Origin: Camelus ferus
Lineage: Eukaryota
Length of the DNA: 64,000 nucleotides
NCBI RefSeq assembly: GCF_009834535.1
Contig: NC_045717.1
Coordinates: 4,278,001 to 4,342,000, forward strand
Reading direction: 5' to 3'
In this document: piece by piece, positions 47,806 through 61,169 of the stretch
Layout: each line of letters starts with the position of its first letter
Position numbering within the stretch: position 1 is the first letter of the stretch
Made by a program: the position numbers and the translations under genes
Notes under the pieces: model-generated
Told to the model about the DNA's origin: nothing
Database searches by the model: none
The model's input: the letters and a program-made list of their open reading frames with translations, nothing else

Positions 47806-49244
47806 ATACTGCTCTTTTCTTTTCTTTTTCTTTCTCAAAGCAGCACCACTGTTCCAAGGACTCAATTCAGTCTTGGATTCCACATGGATGTCGTGCTCAT
47901 CCTCTGTGAATCTCCTGGAATTTCACAGGCATTCCTCCCATAATCCTCCTCTGAACTAAAATGGGACTTTGTTCCACATAGGAAGGTGCTCAGATAATTC
48001 AGAGCTATGTAAAAGTGAAACACCGACAGTGACCCTGTGCACGTCTCAGAATATACTGCATGATTCTGCCCCAAAAATTCATGACCAGGATTCGCTTGTC
48101 AAGTAATTTTCTTTTTCTGGGAGTTGCAGGAAGGAGCTGGTTATATTAAAATATAAATCCCCAAGGCAGCTGAAACCCCAGAGCCCTCGGGAGGTGCCCT
48201 GAAAGCCCATAGCCATTTGCAATACCTTTGAAGACATGATAGAACTTGTACATTTCCCTGCAATCCAGCTGCCGGTCCCCGTGGTTTTCTGCTCTGGGCT
48301 GGCATTGATAACATTCTCCGTGGCACTTTTTATTAACTCCTTCTCTCTTTGAAACCATGTTTTGGGGAAAGATTTTTGCTTGACTAAATGAACTGTGGGT
48401 GGTGTTGAAACATACATTTGTTTTCTGGGTTTTCTGCTAATCGTCAGCACGGAGAAGAGCCTGTCAGAACTTTTGATTGGAGGCAATGATGTGATAATAA
48501 TGATGGCGTGGGTCCACCGTCCTCTCCACGGAACCCCCAGATCCCCAGAGCTCTGGATACAGAGAGTGGCTGTGTAACACAGTAAGCTACGTGTCAGGGA
48601 ATGCGACCGTTGTGACAGAGACACTCTGGCCTCAGAAGCCTGGAATATTTCCTATCTGATCCTTTACAGAGGTGTTTCCTGACCCCTACCTTAAGTGGCA
48701 AAACTTGAGAGAATTTGTCTACTCCACTGAGAATGACATCCCTGTCTTTCTGTAGAATTATTAGTATGTTTAATTATGGACTGCAATCCAGAACCCTCTG
48801 GGACTGTTCCTGAGTGTACTTTTTTAACATCCAAGCATCCCGTAACGTGTCTGGCATCAGGGTTTCAGACAGAGAAATGAGGACCTGCAGTAGCTCACAC
48901 GCGGTGTTCTCTCCTTGCCAACACTGCTCTAAGGAGCATCCGTGCAGTAACTCTTCATCCGCAGGCAGGCATCCTCTCCCAGGTAAGGCAGATTCTAACG
49001 CCTTTGTTGACAAATGAAGCCACTGCAGCAAGGGAAGCCAGCGCACCTGAGTTTACACAGGTAGTAAATGGAGTCTGCCTGGTCACCAGCTGGCCCCCCT
49101 CCTTAGCTCAGTGCAGGTGAGAGGCAGACAAGGTGTACATATTTGTTGGATGCCTGGGAAGAAAAGGTGCTACCTTTTACCTGAAACCGTTTCTCAAGGT
49201 GTCCATAGGCCACCTGCACGAAAAAATACCTTGACAGCAGGAGG

Positions 49245-49365
49245 GGAGTGTTTGTGAAAAATTCAGAATCCTGGGCTCCAGACTTATGGAGTCAGAATCT
49301 CTGGGGAATCTAGCTTTGTGTTTCTTTTAAGCAGGCTCTCTGGCTACTTTTGATGCACTCAAAAT
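49245..49365. mobile_element. MER5-like fragment
   Basis: gaaaattcagaatcctgggctccagacttatggagtcagaatctctgggg. Confidence 0.7.
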
Positions 49366-49659
49366 CATTGTGGATCTTGGCTGTCAGCAGGGAATGGACA
49401 CATTAAGTACCTTGATTGGCAGTCTCTGGAGGGCAGGACCTGTGTAGAATCTTTCTCCCGCATCTTTCCTAGTCCTGCAGAGGGTGTCAACGAGTGGCAT
49501 ACATCCTCACTGAATTTCCAGGAGGGAAGGGTCTGCCCCCAGTGGACCCTCAGGGTCAGTTTGTTGCGACTGAGACTTAAAATATATTTGGTGCCTCGTG
49601 AAGTCATTCTCAGAGAATCTATCTTCATTTAAAGAGGCGGGAAAGGAAACTAGTATCTA

Positions 49660-49860
49660 TTGCTCACGTATGAGCCAGGCAGAGCACAAAACACTGAATG
49701 TATGTTTTATCACTTAGTCTGCCTCACAATCCAATGGGGTGAAGATAACATCCCACTTTACAGATGTAAAAACTGAGGTTCAGACCTGCTCAAAGCTTCA
49801 CAGTGAATAGATGAAGAGCTGGGATCTGAACCCAAGACCATCTACCTCCCAAGTCTCTGC
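49660..49860 (-). mobile_element. MIR
   Basis: cccactttacagatgtaaaaactgaggttcag...gagctgggatctgaacccaagacc. Confidence 0.8.
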
Positions 49861-50026
49861 CCTTGTTTTCCCTTTGTTTTGGCCACATCATCTTTCCTAC
49901 TGAGCAACCTGTGCTGTTAAGTATATGATTTATGTCTACTTCAGCAATGAGGAACAGATAAGAGAGGCATCAAGGTCACCCACACAGTGGGTGTTGGAGA
50001 TAGGATTCTTAATTTGATCCAATCTT

Positions 50027-50325
50027 TTTATACATATATATATTCTTTTTCATTTTCTTTATCATTATAAGCACAAGACATTGAATATAGTTCCCTGTGC
50101 TAAACAGTAGAACCTTATTGTTTATCTATTAGATATATAGTAGTGTGTATCTGCAAATCTCAAACTCCTAATTTATCCCTCTCCTCTTCCCCTGCTGGTA
50201 ACCATAATTTGTTTTCTATATATGTACACACACACACACACATATACACACAATGGAATACTACTCAGCCATAAAAAAGAATGAAATAATGCTATTTGCA
50301 GCAATACAGCTGGACCTGGAGAATC
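50027..50325 (-). mobile_element. Short L1 with 5' inversion, flanked by a 12-bp TSD
   Basis: 3' UTR on - (50027 to about 50220), ORF2-end piece on + (caatggaatactactcagccataaaaaagaatgaaataatg); tgatccaatctt at 50015-50026 and 50326-50337. Confidence 0.85.
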
Positions 50326-50789
50326 TGATCCAATCTTAATCCTGCATGTTACATCCTCACATGGAGAAGGTGGTGGTGGCATCAACCCTGGTTGGATTTC
50401 TAAGTCACCTGAGTATGTGACAGAAATTCTCCTCTAGAGTTAGGTACCTGGGCTGATTAAGAGGCATGGTCCTGCTATGGTGGAGGCAGCCATATGACTC
50501 TGGATTCCAAGATGCCAGCTAGGAGGATTCAGGGCAAGATGCCATGTGGTAGGCACAAGGGCTCTTGTCACAGAAACTACAGGAAGCCAAAAGAGTCAGT
50601 AAAGTGCCTTAGGCAAGGAGACTAGCTCTTAGAGACACAGACCACCATGCTTAAAATAGTTTGGGCTAATATAATATGATCAGAGTAGGGCTTTCTTCAT
50701 TACCAACGCTAGCCAAATCAGAATTACTCAGATTCAAGCAATCCTTTAAAAATACTGAACTATTATATCCTAGGTGTAACAGAGATAAA

Positions 50790-51125
50790 GAATTAATACT
50801 CATGAGAGTAATTATTCATATGATGGTCACAGAAATACAAAGTTAAACAATAGGGTACTGTTTTTCACCTGTGAAACAAATAAAATAAATGGGAAAATCA
50901 TAACACCCAGTGCTGGTCAAGATGTGGTAAAACTGACACACTTGCATCCTGAGGATAATGATGTGAATGGATACAGCACATTTTGAAAAGTAGTAGTAAG
51001 ATGGATAAAAAGACAAACAATGTTGCTTCCTTTTATCTAATAATTTTACTCTCTGAGGAAATAACTTAATGAAAGGAATAGCTGAGTGCACTAAGAGGTT
51101 CACTGCAGTAGAATCTAAAAGAACA
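50790..51125 (+). mobile_element. Old L1ME-type ORF2 3' fragment
   Basis: cataacacccagtgctggtcaagatgtggtaaaactgacacac...gtgaatggatacagcacattttgaaaag. Confidence 0.7.
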
Positions 51126-54100
51126 ATTAAAAAAAAAAAGAAAAAAGAAGGTTATTAAGGCACCCCCAAAGGACTATGTCTGTGGACAAGAACAGGGGCC
51201 AGCAGGAAGACCCCAGTGTGCAAGGGTGGCTGGTGCTGGGAAGAGCTGGCATCTGGCAGCCAGAGTGGCAGGAGCCATAGTGGTGGGAAGACATGAGAAT
51301 GGGTTGAATGTTGGAGCCTGTGGGAGGGCACTTACCATGTGTCTGCATTGTCTGTACTAAACAGCCTCATGAGATGGGCACTTTAATTGTCCTCGTGAAG
51401 ACACCTCCACCTGGTTAGGAAGACCACATCCTTAATGAGCACAGACTCATAACTGCTAGTGATGCTGCCTCTCGGGGGGCCTCACATCTGCCTCTTGCCT
51501 GTGACAGGCCAGCTCTGCAGGTGCTTCTCATGCCTTCACGGGCTCACTTACTCTCCACGGGACCCCATGTGGTGGACTGTGATTCCTAGTAGGCCACTGG
51601 ATAGCAGATTTGGAAGGATCCTTGGATGTTTTCTGGTTAAGAAGAGGAGTAAGTGACCCAATCATGAATGATTATTAATTATTAATAATAGTGTTAATTT
51701 GTACTCGTACAGTGTAATATACAATATAGTTAAGTCGTGTGGGCCACAGGCAAGACATCATCTCACTTACTCCCTCGGGTCACTTCCTCTTCATTACATG
51801 TAATTATTCTTTTCCTCATTTTGAGGATGAGGGAACTGACGTTTGAAGGGTTGAAGCAGTTTTCCCAATACCACACAGCTAGTTAAAAATTGAGCTGGGA
51901 TTCCCAGCAGGTTTGTTTGCCCAGAGGCCACAGTCTGATTACCTTCCCACTTCTGTGGAACAAGACGTTGAGTCCCCAACTGGGCCCAGAGGTGCCCAGG
52001 TCGGTCCCAGCAGGAGGCTTCCGGAGCCTCTGAGCCAAGCCCTAGAGGTTGTGGGCCAAGATGCTGACTTGGGGGTCATCCAAGGTGAGGTGGGCCAGGC
52101 TAACCCCTTCTCAGAACCTGTGCAGGTGGCAGGGATGCACTGCCAACATTGCTTCTATTCAGTTTGCAAAATGAAGATGAAAAACAAAATGCCTGGGGTT
52201 GCAGTGCTGGATTTGGAGTGGAGGCAACGTAACTTTTTGGAGTTTGGAGCTAACTTGTCGACTGCCCACACTCGTCTGGCAGGTTGGAGTTGATGTGTAT
52301 GAGCTAGCGAAGAAACAGCAGCGAGATTTCTGCCACTGGCAGGCACAAAGGCTCCGGCTGGTGCAGAGGACAGCTGGCTGGCTGGCCGTAGTGGCTTCTG
52401 CATGGTCTCATCCACCAGCCTGGGCTCCATATCCCTGACAAAGCCCCACGTGAGGGTGGAACGGATGATTGATGCTAGTTTGGGGGCTCTAATCTTGAGT
52501 CCTGTAGAGGAGATGAAAGCGTGGAACTGGAAGGGAGTCAGACCTCTGTTTGAATCTCAGCTGTGCCTTGGATGACCTTGGGCAGCCACCTCATCTCTTG
52601 GAGTTTTGCTTTCCTCATCTGTAATACGGGGATGGTAGTAATTCCCACCTTTCTAGGGTTCAGTTACACAGCACTTTTAATCTATTCTTGGTTCTTTTTA
52701 TCAGTGGTAATTAGCTTTCCTGGGCCTTTCTCTATGGCTCTTGATGTATTTAGTGACATACCACGGGAAAGAAGGAACCAGAATCGATTAGCCCCTCCAC
52801 CCTGGGGCTTTTATTTCAGCATTGGGTTACCCCATTTATTGTTACAGAAGTTCAGTTTCTGGGAGACTGAAGGAAATTTTTTCAATAAAAGAACCCCCCC
52901 AAACACTACAAAGTTTTCCCTGGATGGAAGAACACTCAGCAGGGAGAACCAGTGGCACAAAGGATCTGACAAAAGCTCCAGCTTTGGTGTTTCTGGCTCT
53001 GACCCCACTGGCCCCCTTTAATGGTGCGGTCTCCACCCAGTGCAGAGCTTGACCCAGTGCCCACTGAGCTTGCAGAGATAGTCCAGGCACAGTGATAAAC
53101 ACCCAGGAAAATAAGCCTGGGGAATCCAGGCAGTATAATCACAGGGGTAGCCCCCTAGCCCCCACCCCTCCTCAGTCTGGAGATCCTTCTTATTTCCCTA
53201 GGTAACTGATGGCAGGAATGAGAAATGGTCTCTCCTTTGGGGAGGCAAGTTGGTTCTGCATGGAGAACTGCTGTATTTTCAGTCTAGTGGACGCTCCGCA
53301 TGATCAAGGCTTTGCACATTCAGAGCACTCATTCTGTGGAAAAGTGTACATTATGTAAGAGGGGCTTTTGTTTATAGAGGATGGGCTGGAGACAGGATTT
53401 CCACCAAACCTGTTCTCTACTCCCTTCTCACCGTCCCATGACAGTGTAGGGATAGAGAGAAGCAAGCATCCCCCCACATGAAAGCTCTGGGGTCCTCTCC
53501 AGTTTGGAGCTGGGAGAGATGAATGGCTATAAGGCTACGGAGTTTTCACCGCTCCATGGCCTCATTATTTTAACACCATCACTTATCAGTCCTGAAATTC
53601 TGGGAGCCTAGAAGGGACAAATACTTGTTCAGTAAATAAATTCCTCAGATTCCCAAAGTTAAAAAAATTTCCAAAGTTGAAGTAATTATAGGTCCCTCTC
53701 TGGGTCTCAGTTTCTCCATTTGTAAATTGCGCTGGTTGACCTTGATGAGCTCTGAGCTGCTTTTAATCTCTGGTCAGATTCTGGGAGTTTTCTGCTTCCC
53801 CAGCTCTTAACAGCCTCTGCAGACAGGTGGAAATTAACCAGGAAATGGTCCGCTCCAAGGTCGTGGGAACCTTGAGCTGTTGCTCTTGACGGCTCTCGGC
53901 GTGGTCCCAGCCCGGGCACCTGGGACCTGCCAATGAGGCTGCAAGAGACAGAAGCACATGTGTCACCAGGATGAGAGGTAACAACTGATTGATTAAATTG
54001 ATTATGTTTCCAGTCTGGGAGACTAGGGTGGTGAGTAGAGTTAAAATTTTGCCAAGGGCTTTTTGAAAAAAGAAGGAAGTACAACTAATGTGTTTTGAGC

Positions 54101-55659
54101 TCCCTTTCTGTACTGAGAACTGTATGTACATTATGTCTTCCTTGGTTGCACTTCTAGGTTGGGTTACTGCCTTCCTCTTCCAGCCAAGCAACTGGAGACT
54201 CAGAGAGGTTAAATGTGTTGCCCAGGGTCCCAGATGGAGTTCATAGCGTGAGCCAGCCTCCTTTTTCCCATCTGTAAACTTCATCAAATTGCAAGAATTA
54301 AATGAGCAAGTACCACATAAAGCAAGAAAGACAGTGCCTTCCCCACGGTGAGTGTTAATAAATATGAGTCTCCTGGACTGCTAGTGATTCCTGATGCCGG
54401 AGGTTTACTCCTAGGGAAGGCCAAAGCTCCTCCACCCGCCAGCAGACTCACCAAACTCACATGAATCTGCACTGCAAGATTACCTGCTGTCAAAGGAACT
54501 TGGTGCCTCCATCCAAGCAAGCTCACAAGAGTCATTCTAACTGAACCTCATGAGGCTTGAACTTTGGTGTTTAGGTAAATTCAGAGAATACATTTAGGCA
54601 AATGCAGAGAATTTTGTCTTTGGTGGATACTGACCTGTTTTTGTCTAACGCCAAATCACATGGGGCAGAGGGCAAAGTTAAGCTCACACACATGTGCACG
54701 GACACTAGTGTGTCCTCTGGGAAATGTGGACTTTTCTGCTTTTACAGTAACAGCCTCTGCTAATGACCTGATACCGTTTTTGCATCTGCTAATGCATTTT
54801 ATAGATGCACACACGGGTGCATGCATTAAAAAATGTTTTAAAGGTCCTCTCAAAAAGCTTCATGATGATTATCTTAGGATGGTGGGCTGTGGCTGGCTTT
54901 TTCTTTTTGTATTCATCTGTGTTATCTAATTTTTATTCAATAAACGCATACTGCTTAATAATGTAAAATAGAATGTACTGTAACAGCTGTTCTATGCCAA
55001 TCCTTTGATGTGTGCTTGTGTACTGGACATTATACAGGTGCTTTTTCTGTACGTTAGTTCTTGAAGTCTCATAACTGTCCTGCAAGGAAGTGGTTAATTT
55101 CCATGCATTTAAGGAGGAAACCAAGACTTAGAAAAGCTAGAGAATAAAGGTCACTTGTTACCTCTCCCAAAAACTGCCGCTGGATCTTTTCCAAATTGGG
55201 CATCCTTCGATGGTTCCTTCTAGATCTTTCATCAGAGGCCCAGCTGATAAACTCAGGTCCTCTCCTTTTCTTGCCAGGCAGCCAGTGCTGGGGAAAGCCT
55301 GTCCCTCTCCCTTGGGCCCCTGGGGAGAGGTTCTTGCAGGATTAGGGGTTCAGCCATTGTGTGCTCAGCTCTGAGAAACAGAGCTAAGGCTTGCTGGGCT
55401 CAGGGGCCATGGCTTGGCTGAAGCTGTCTCGGCAGGAGTAGCTGAGGTGTGAAGACCCTGTGGGCCCAGAGGCTGGATTTCCAAGGAGGCTGCCTGAGGT
55501 TGGGCGTGTGGGAGGGCCGGGCAGGGAGAACCCAGAGCTGGCCTGTCCTTGTCCCATGAAACTCTGGGTGTGGAAACTGAGGCCGATGGTGATGGGAGTT
55601 GGCACTTTTGTTTGGGCTCCCATGTTTGGTATCAAATAATTTTTAAAAGGCTGTATCAG

Positions 55660-56290
55660 CAGATATTACACCCTGATTTGACTTAGGAGGGAAGAAACAT
55701 TCTCCAAACACCAGCAAACTTGGTCTTTTTAAAGCATGAATTTGATTTTACCACTTCTCTGCCTAGGTCATTACAACCACTTCTCATCACTTGTAGAATA
55801 AAACCCAAACTCTCAATCATGGCCTTGATGGCCTTGGTTGCTGTGGTCCTGGCCACCCTTTCTGACCTCATCGTGTGACTTCTTCATCTTGCTGAAAGCC
55901 TCGAGGCCACATTGCTTTCTTTCTCTAACAGGGCAGCCTCATTTTGGCTTCAGAGCTGTTGCCCTTTCTGTTTCATCTTATGGAAAAATCTTGCCCCAGA
56001 GACCAGCTTGTTCCCTTCCCGAGACCTTTACACACACCGTTTCTCTTCAGCGGGTGTACCCCTCTCTCTAATCTTTGTATGGCCAGCTCCTTTAAGTCCA
56101 GATTCAATGTTAGCTTCTCAGATTGCCTTTTGTTTGCCAGCCAAACTTACGTAGCGTATCTTCTTTGATTCCTCTTGAAAAACGTGTATTTATATATTTA
56201 GATGTTTACTTTTATAATCGTTCTTCCCCTGCAGAACATGGCCTAGCACACAATCTGGTTGAAAAAAATGTTTTAAATGAATTGTTCACT
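55660..56290 (+). mobile_element. L2 3' region
   Basis: tagaataaaacccaaactctcaatcatggccttga...cccctgcagaacatggcctagcacacaatc...ttaaatgaatt. Confidence 0.75.
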
Positions 56291-57179
56291 GTGGTTGAAA
56301 TTCAAGTTTTCATGATTTTTTCAAGAACCGTCAAGAAATGGCTTCCAGCTACTTGTTACTGAAGTTAGCAGAGAACTGCAGAGGTTAGTTCTGGCTGCCT
56401 TAACTGGCTTTGGTGACCAAATATTCCTCAAAAGACTTGGGAGCCAGCGGAGGTCAGTTTTGATACCACAGGATCATAGCGCCGGGGAGCTGTCCTTGGT
56501 GCTGAGATGACTCATCAGCGAGGACGAAATGGAAGACGCTGCAGAGCGGAGTGTACTTAATACAGGTGAATGCTGACTGCCTGGAGCTCTGTGAGTTTCT
56601 GAAGAAGTTTGGATCAAGGCTGGAAGGGAAGTGATTGTCAGCAGGAGGGGACTCCAGGGAGGCAGCACCTCCTGGTTGAAATTCCTCTTCCTTACACTCT
56701 GATCCTTCTGCTGAAGGGCTCATGTTTTATTTTTACGACGGATATTTAAACATTCAAGATGATCCCTGAAGGGGAAGAAAACATTTCAAGGTCTTGACAT
56801 TTGTTCCACTCTCCACACTCAGGTATTTACAGATGAGATAGTTAGGATGTTTTACTTTAAAGACATCAGTATGCTAAGTAAGTAAGCTCCCCAGGAAGCA
56901 CTTTAAAATATCTTATATGGTTCTTAATATTTACTCGTTTATTCAACACACATTCCCTGAGCAGTTGATTTGTGCCAGACCCTGCTCTGGATACTCATCT
57001 TATAGCTGTAATCTCTTATAATTTAAACAAAACCCTTGAAACAATTATTTATTCCCATTTGGTGCATAAGGAATCTGAAGCTTAAAAGGTAGCTTGTCTA
57101 GGATCTCATAGACAGTAACAGAGACAGGAAATTTCTTACTCCAAATCCCATGGTCTTTATTTTCCTTTTAGAATTCATT

Positions 57180-57530
57180 TAAAAATAGTCAACATGCATA
57201 CAAAAGTATAAATAATAATATACCATCCACTTTTAAGAAACAAAATATTACAATAAAGACGTAGCCTTTTGGAGATAACAGGACACATTCCCTCTCCATT
57301 GCATGCTCCATTTAGCTTCTCCAGGAAACAATTATTATACATTTTGCATTTATTTCTCTCATGCATAGTTTTTTTACTCCTACCACATATGCACATATTT
57401 ATGAAATATACACGATATTCTTGCATGTTTAAAAACTTTAATATTGTTATTTGTCCTGTATGTATTATTCTGTAACATCTTTTCATTAATATGATTTTGA
57501 AATTCTCCCAAGTAGCTCATTTATAAGTGA
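57180..57530 (-). mobile_element. L1ME-type 3' end
   Basis: aagaaacaaaatattacaata...tttttactcctaccacatatgcac...gtatgtattattctgtaac. Confidence 0.7.
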
Positions 57531-58359
57531 AAACAAGTTTATCTATTTTCCCCAAGATCATGCTGTAAGACCTCACATTCGAAGGTACTCATTTTCGTGG
57601 AGACATAGGAAGATAACTCGTTGAAGTGTGAGATAAATGGTAGTAAGGCATAAAGAATCAGAGTGCCTTGAGATTACTGAAAGCAGCCAACCCAGATGGA
57701 GGGCTTCACGGAGGAGGTGCCACTTAAGACAACCCAGAAGGCAGGAGCAGCCTATGTAAAGGTATGGCCATGTAAGAGAGAACATAATTCAGTGCTGCTA
57801 AAAGAAGGAAAACAGTGGCAGGAGATGTGGCTGGAGGGACAACTGAGGGCTTGATAACAAAGAGGTTGTGTTGTCTTTTCCTTGATATAGTGTTCGATTA
57901 CAAAGGCTAGTCACAGTCATTCTGAAAGATGGGAAGATTAAACCTTAGAAAGTTAAGTTACTGCCCAAAGCCACACAGCTGGAAAGTGGCAGAAGTGGGC
58001 ATTGAACTCAGGCACTTCTGATTGCTTCCTTTTGTGTCATAGATATGAAAGTTACACTGGCAGGTAGGAAAAGTAGGGAAATGGTTTTAGGGAAGCTGGA
58101 TGAGGAGAGTACGGTGAAAGCTGATACCACTTATATTCATAAAAAATACCAGTCAGACCATCTGATTTCAACTTATAAAACAAATATTAAATATTAATAC
58201 ATAGGTGTTTATAATATTTTAAGTGCTGATAATTTTCAAACATTTCAGAAGCATGGTGGTCTAATCCAAGCGTGTCTGTGGCTTACCACTGGCCCATGAT
58301 CACGTTTTGTGACTTTTGAAGACAAAATCCAGTAATGCCCATGGGGTGGGTCTGTTAGA

Positions 58360-58387
58360 GATTGATCGATTGATTGATCGATCTATC

Positions 58388-58437
<50 letters not shown>
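58360..58437. repeat. Compound tetranucleotide STR: GATT/GATC variants followed by about 12 GATA units
   Basis: Seen directly. Confidence 0.97.
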
Positions 58438-60139
58438 ATCAGATAGTGATGCCTCATTTTATGGCTGAGAAGCTGAGGCCCAGAGATAAGAAGTTGCACA
58501 CAACTACGATAGGAGGAGTTGGGACATAATGTGTCCTTTTTACATCCTTTCACCTCAGTGCCTCTCCATGCTGAAGGCTGTGGTCATACAGGAGATGTCT
58601 GTCATTCTTCTTTTTCACCTAACATCTGAACCTCCTTCCTCTGAAGACTCTCACATCTTTGGGACAGAGTCCACTTTTCACTATATATGTATGTATGTAT
58701 GTGTGTATATACATGTGTGTGTATATATATATATATATATATAGCGCCAGATTTTCTTTTTCTTACCTCTACATGGTACTGGATTTCTCCTTCAAATGGA
58801 CCATACCCCAGACTTTGAATGACAAGCTAGAGCCACCAAACGGGCAAGATTATGCCAAATTTTTTTGTGGTAATGGGTTGCAGCTTCATGCAAGTTTCAG
58901 TTCTATTGTCATGGCCCATAATATTGGCAGTGTAAGCTGCAGTCTGTCCCTAGTAGTGGCAGCTATGAATTGGTGTATTTACTGGGTCAACAATATACAG
59001 TGACTTGGAGAAATTGTCCTTGGCTGCATAGCATCTGTACCCAGTTCTCTAGCTAAATTTGGGATGCAGGAATTATCCAATATCCCTACACAGAATTTTT
59101 TTTTTTTTTTGCTTAATTTAGAGTCAGCATCCTATACAGATGCCTGATCCTGGGACCTTAGAAAACATATAAGAGATCACTAAGAGGTTTTCATGGTGAT
59201 TTTCTTCTTTCCACACTTGACTTGCCAGAGTTCCATTTAAAATTACTGGCAACAGTGCTCTGATTGCCCGTGATAATATATTCTGCCTACTTACAACTCC
59301 ATCTGTGGGGAGAAAAAAAAAATCCTCCTGAATTTCTTCAGTGAGGGCCTTTGCATAATTTTGCTTTGCCCTCTTGTTCCTATGATTGCTGCTCCTCTAA
59401 ATAGCCATGGAGCACTGACTATCTTTCTTTCCAAATCACAGAGGCTGAAGTCTCTTCTTTGAAGTCTCCTAATTTTCTGAGAGTGTGAATGGTGGCATGG
59501 GTTCAGTCTGATCTTTCATTAGGTATTTGTGTCCTCTTTGTTTTCCCAAATTCTTGTTTGGGAACACTGTATCAGTCAAGACAGACTAGTTTATATCATG
59601 GTAACAAGCAATCCTGAAATCTCAGTGTCCTCTAAGAACAAAGGTTTATTACTATCTATCCTGAGTCAGCCAGGTTGTATTCTAAGTCTTTACTCTGAGA
59701 CCCAGCTGGCAGAAAAACCCCTGTCTGGAACACTGTCAATTGTACAGCAGAAAGAAAAAGCAATACGGCAGATCATGAGCTTACCCTAAAAACTTTCCCC
59801 AGGAAGTGGCTCATTCCCCTACCCTCGCATTATCAGGGACCTAATGGTTTATTTCTAAGTTTACTTCTAATTTCAATGGAATGGGGATATATTACCCTCC
59901 CACAGGAGAAGGAAACACAGAGTGAGGAATTTGACTCTTCTAGTCACTACGTACACCATTCCTTTACCCTAAGTCAAGCAGAAACATTCAACTCTTCCCT
60001 AAGGGAGACAACTCAAAAGTACCCCCACCCCTGACCCCGTCACTGCTTCAAACTCAAAGTTCAGGATCTCTGTAGGATGTGTGGCAATTTCTGCATGGTC
60101 TCTACCAGATGTGTAGCTCCTGGATCCAGAGAGCAATTG

Positions 60140-60560
60140 TCATTGTTGGGTTTCCTTAGAATGGAACACTTGACTTAGAGATTCGAGTGCACATGATTTT
60201 TCTCGGAAGTAAAGGAAACAGTAATAGAGGATTGAGAAAATGAGACAAGGAACAGAAGGTAGCCAATTAAAGCCATGGGCAGCTGAAGTTAAATCCTATT
60301 GGAGAAGTTGTGGGAGCCAGTGAAGGCACACGCCCAGTATTACTCCACTTGAAAAACGTGGAACCTTGGATACGTATACACTGACTATCATTAATTACTT
60401 TTTGAGTGCTGTTCCCAGGTGGGATTGATTCCTCAGCACTCCTGGATTGCAGAGAAAGCCCTCAGGTAAAACAATTCAGATGATATAGTTCAAGTTCAGT
60501 GGGTGTGTACTGAATTGTTAAGAATGAGAGGTAGGGATGGGACACCAACAGCATCGCACA
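60140..60560. mobile_element. ERVL solo LTR (LTR16-like) nested in the MaLR internal region
   Basis: gttgggtttccttagaatggaacacttgacttagagattcgagtgcacatga...gggatgggacaccaacagcatc. Confidence 0.65.
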
Positions 60561-61169
60561 TCCATGAACCAAAAATACACGTCATTTGTTTATTCCTACA
60601 CAAAATTCAGTGGTGAAACAGAGATAGGATAATCTCAATAAATATTCTTATTTGGAAAGGTAGGCATCCATAACTATGCTATAATTCTTTATGACAGATG
60701 TTACGAGAGTTCTAGCTGAGGACGGGACAGTCTCGGTCTATTGTTCACCTTCGCCTCCTGGGATATCCTCTCTTTTCCTTTATCTTTTTTTAGATGCAAC
60801 AGAAGAGGACTTTGAAGATTATATCCTAATGGGAAACAGAGTAACTTCCTCACTTGCTCCCTCCTGTAGAAGGTTGAGGACCCACAGGTCATTTTAAGGG
60901 TTGCACTGTCCCAATCTTTTTTTTTTTTTCTCCCCAAGAATGATGGTTCTTTTGACTTAAAACTCTCTCAAAAACTTAGCTGGTATCTTTCAGCCAACAT
61001 GTGCCAGTGGCACCCACAATTCCTTTTGAGACATGACTTTCTCTGAATATTTAGCCGTGGGTATCTTGAATTTCTTGGTTTTCTGAGAAAGAGACACACC
61101 CTTAGGATCTTTCCCCTGAGCTTTTTGGTCCAACTGAAAAGACGTGTTAGATACCGCATGAGTTTGCTG

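Noticed and set aside
7594-56516. Three extended AP-1 sites ATGA(C/G)TCAT at about 7594, 46406 and 56507
   Set aside because: They are dispersed over 49 kb and only modestly above the roughly 0.5-1 expected by chance, so not a cluster.
60794-60840. Exon-like segment with a long pyrimidine tract encoding ATEEDFEDYILMGNR
   Set aside because: It lies within the inferred MaLR internal region, has a weak donor (AGA|gtaact) and is 47 nt long.
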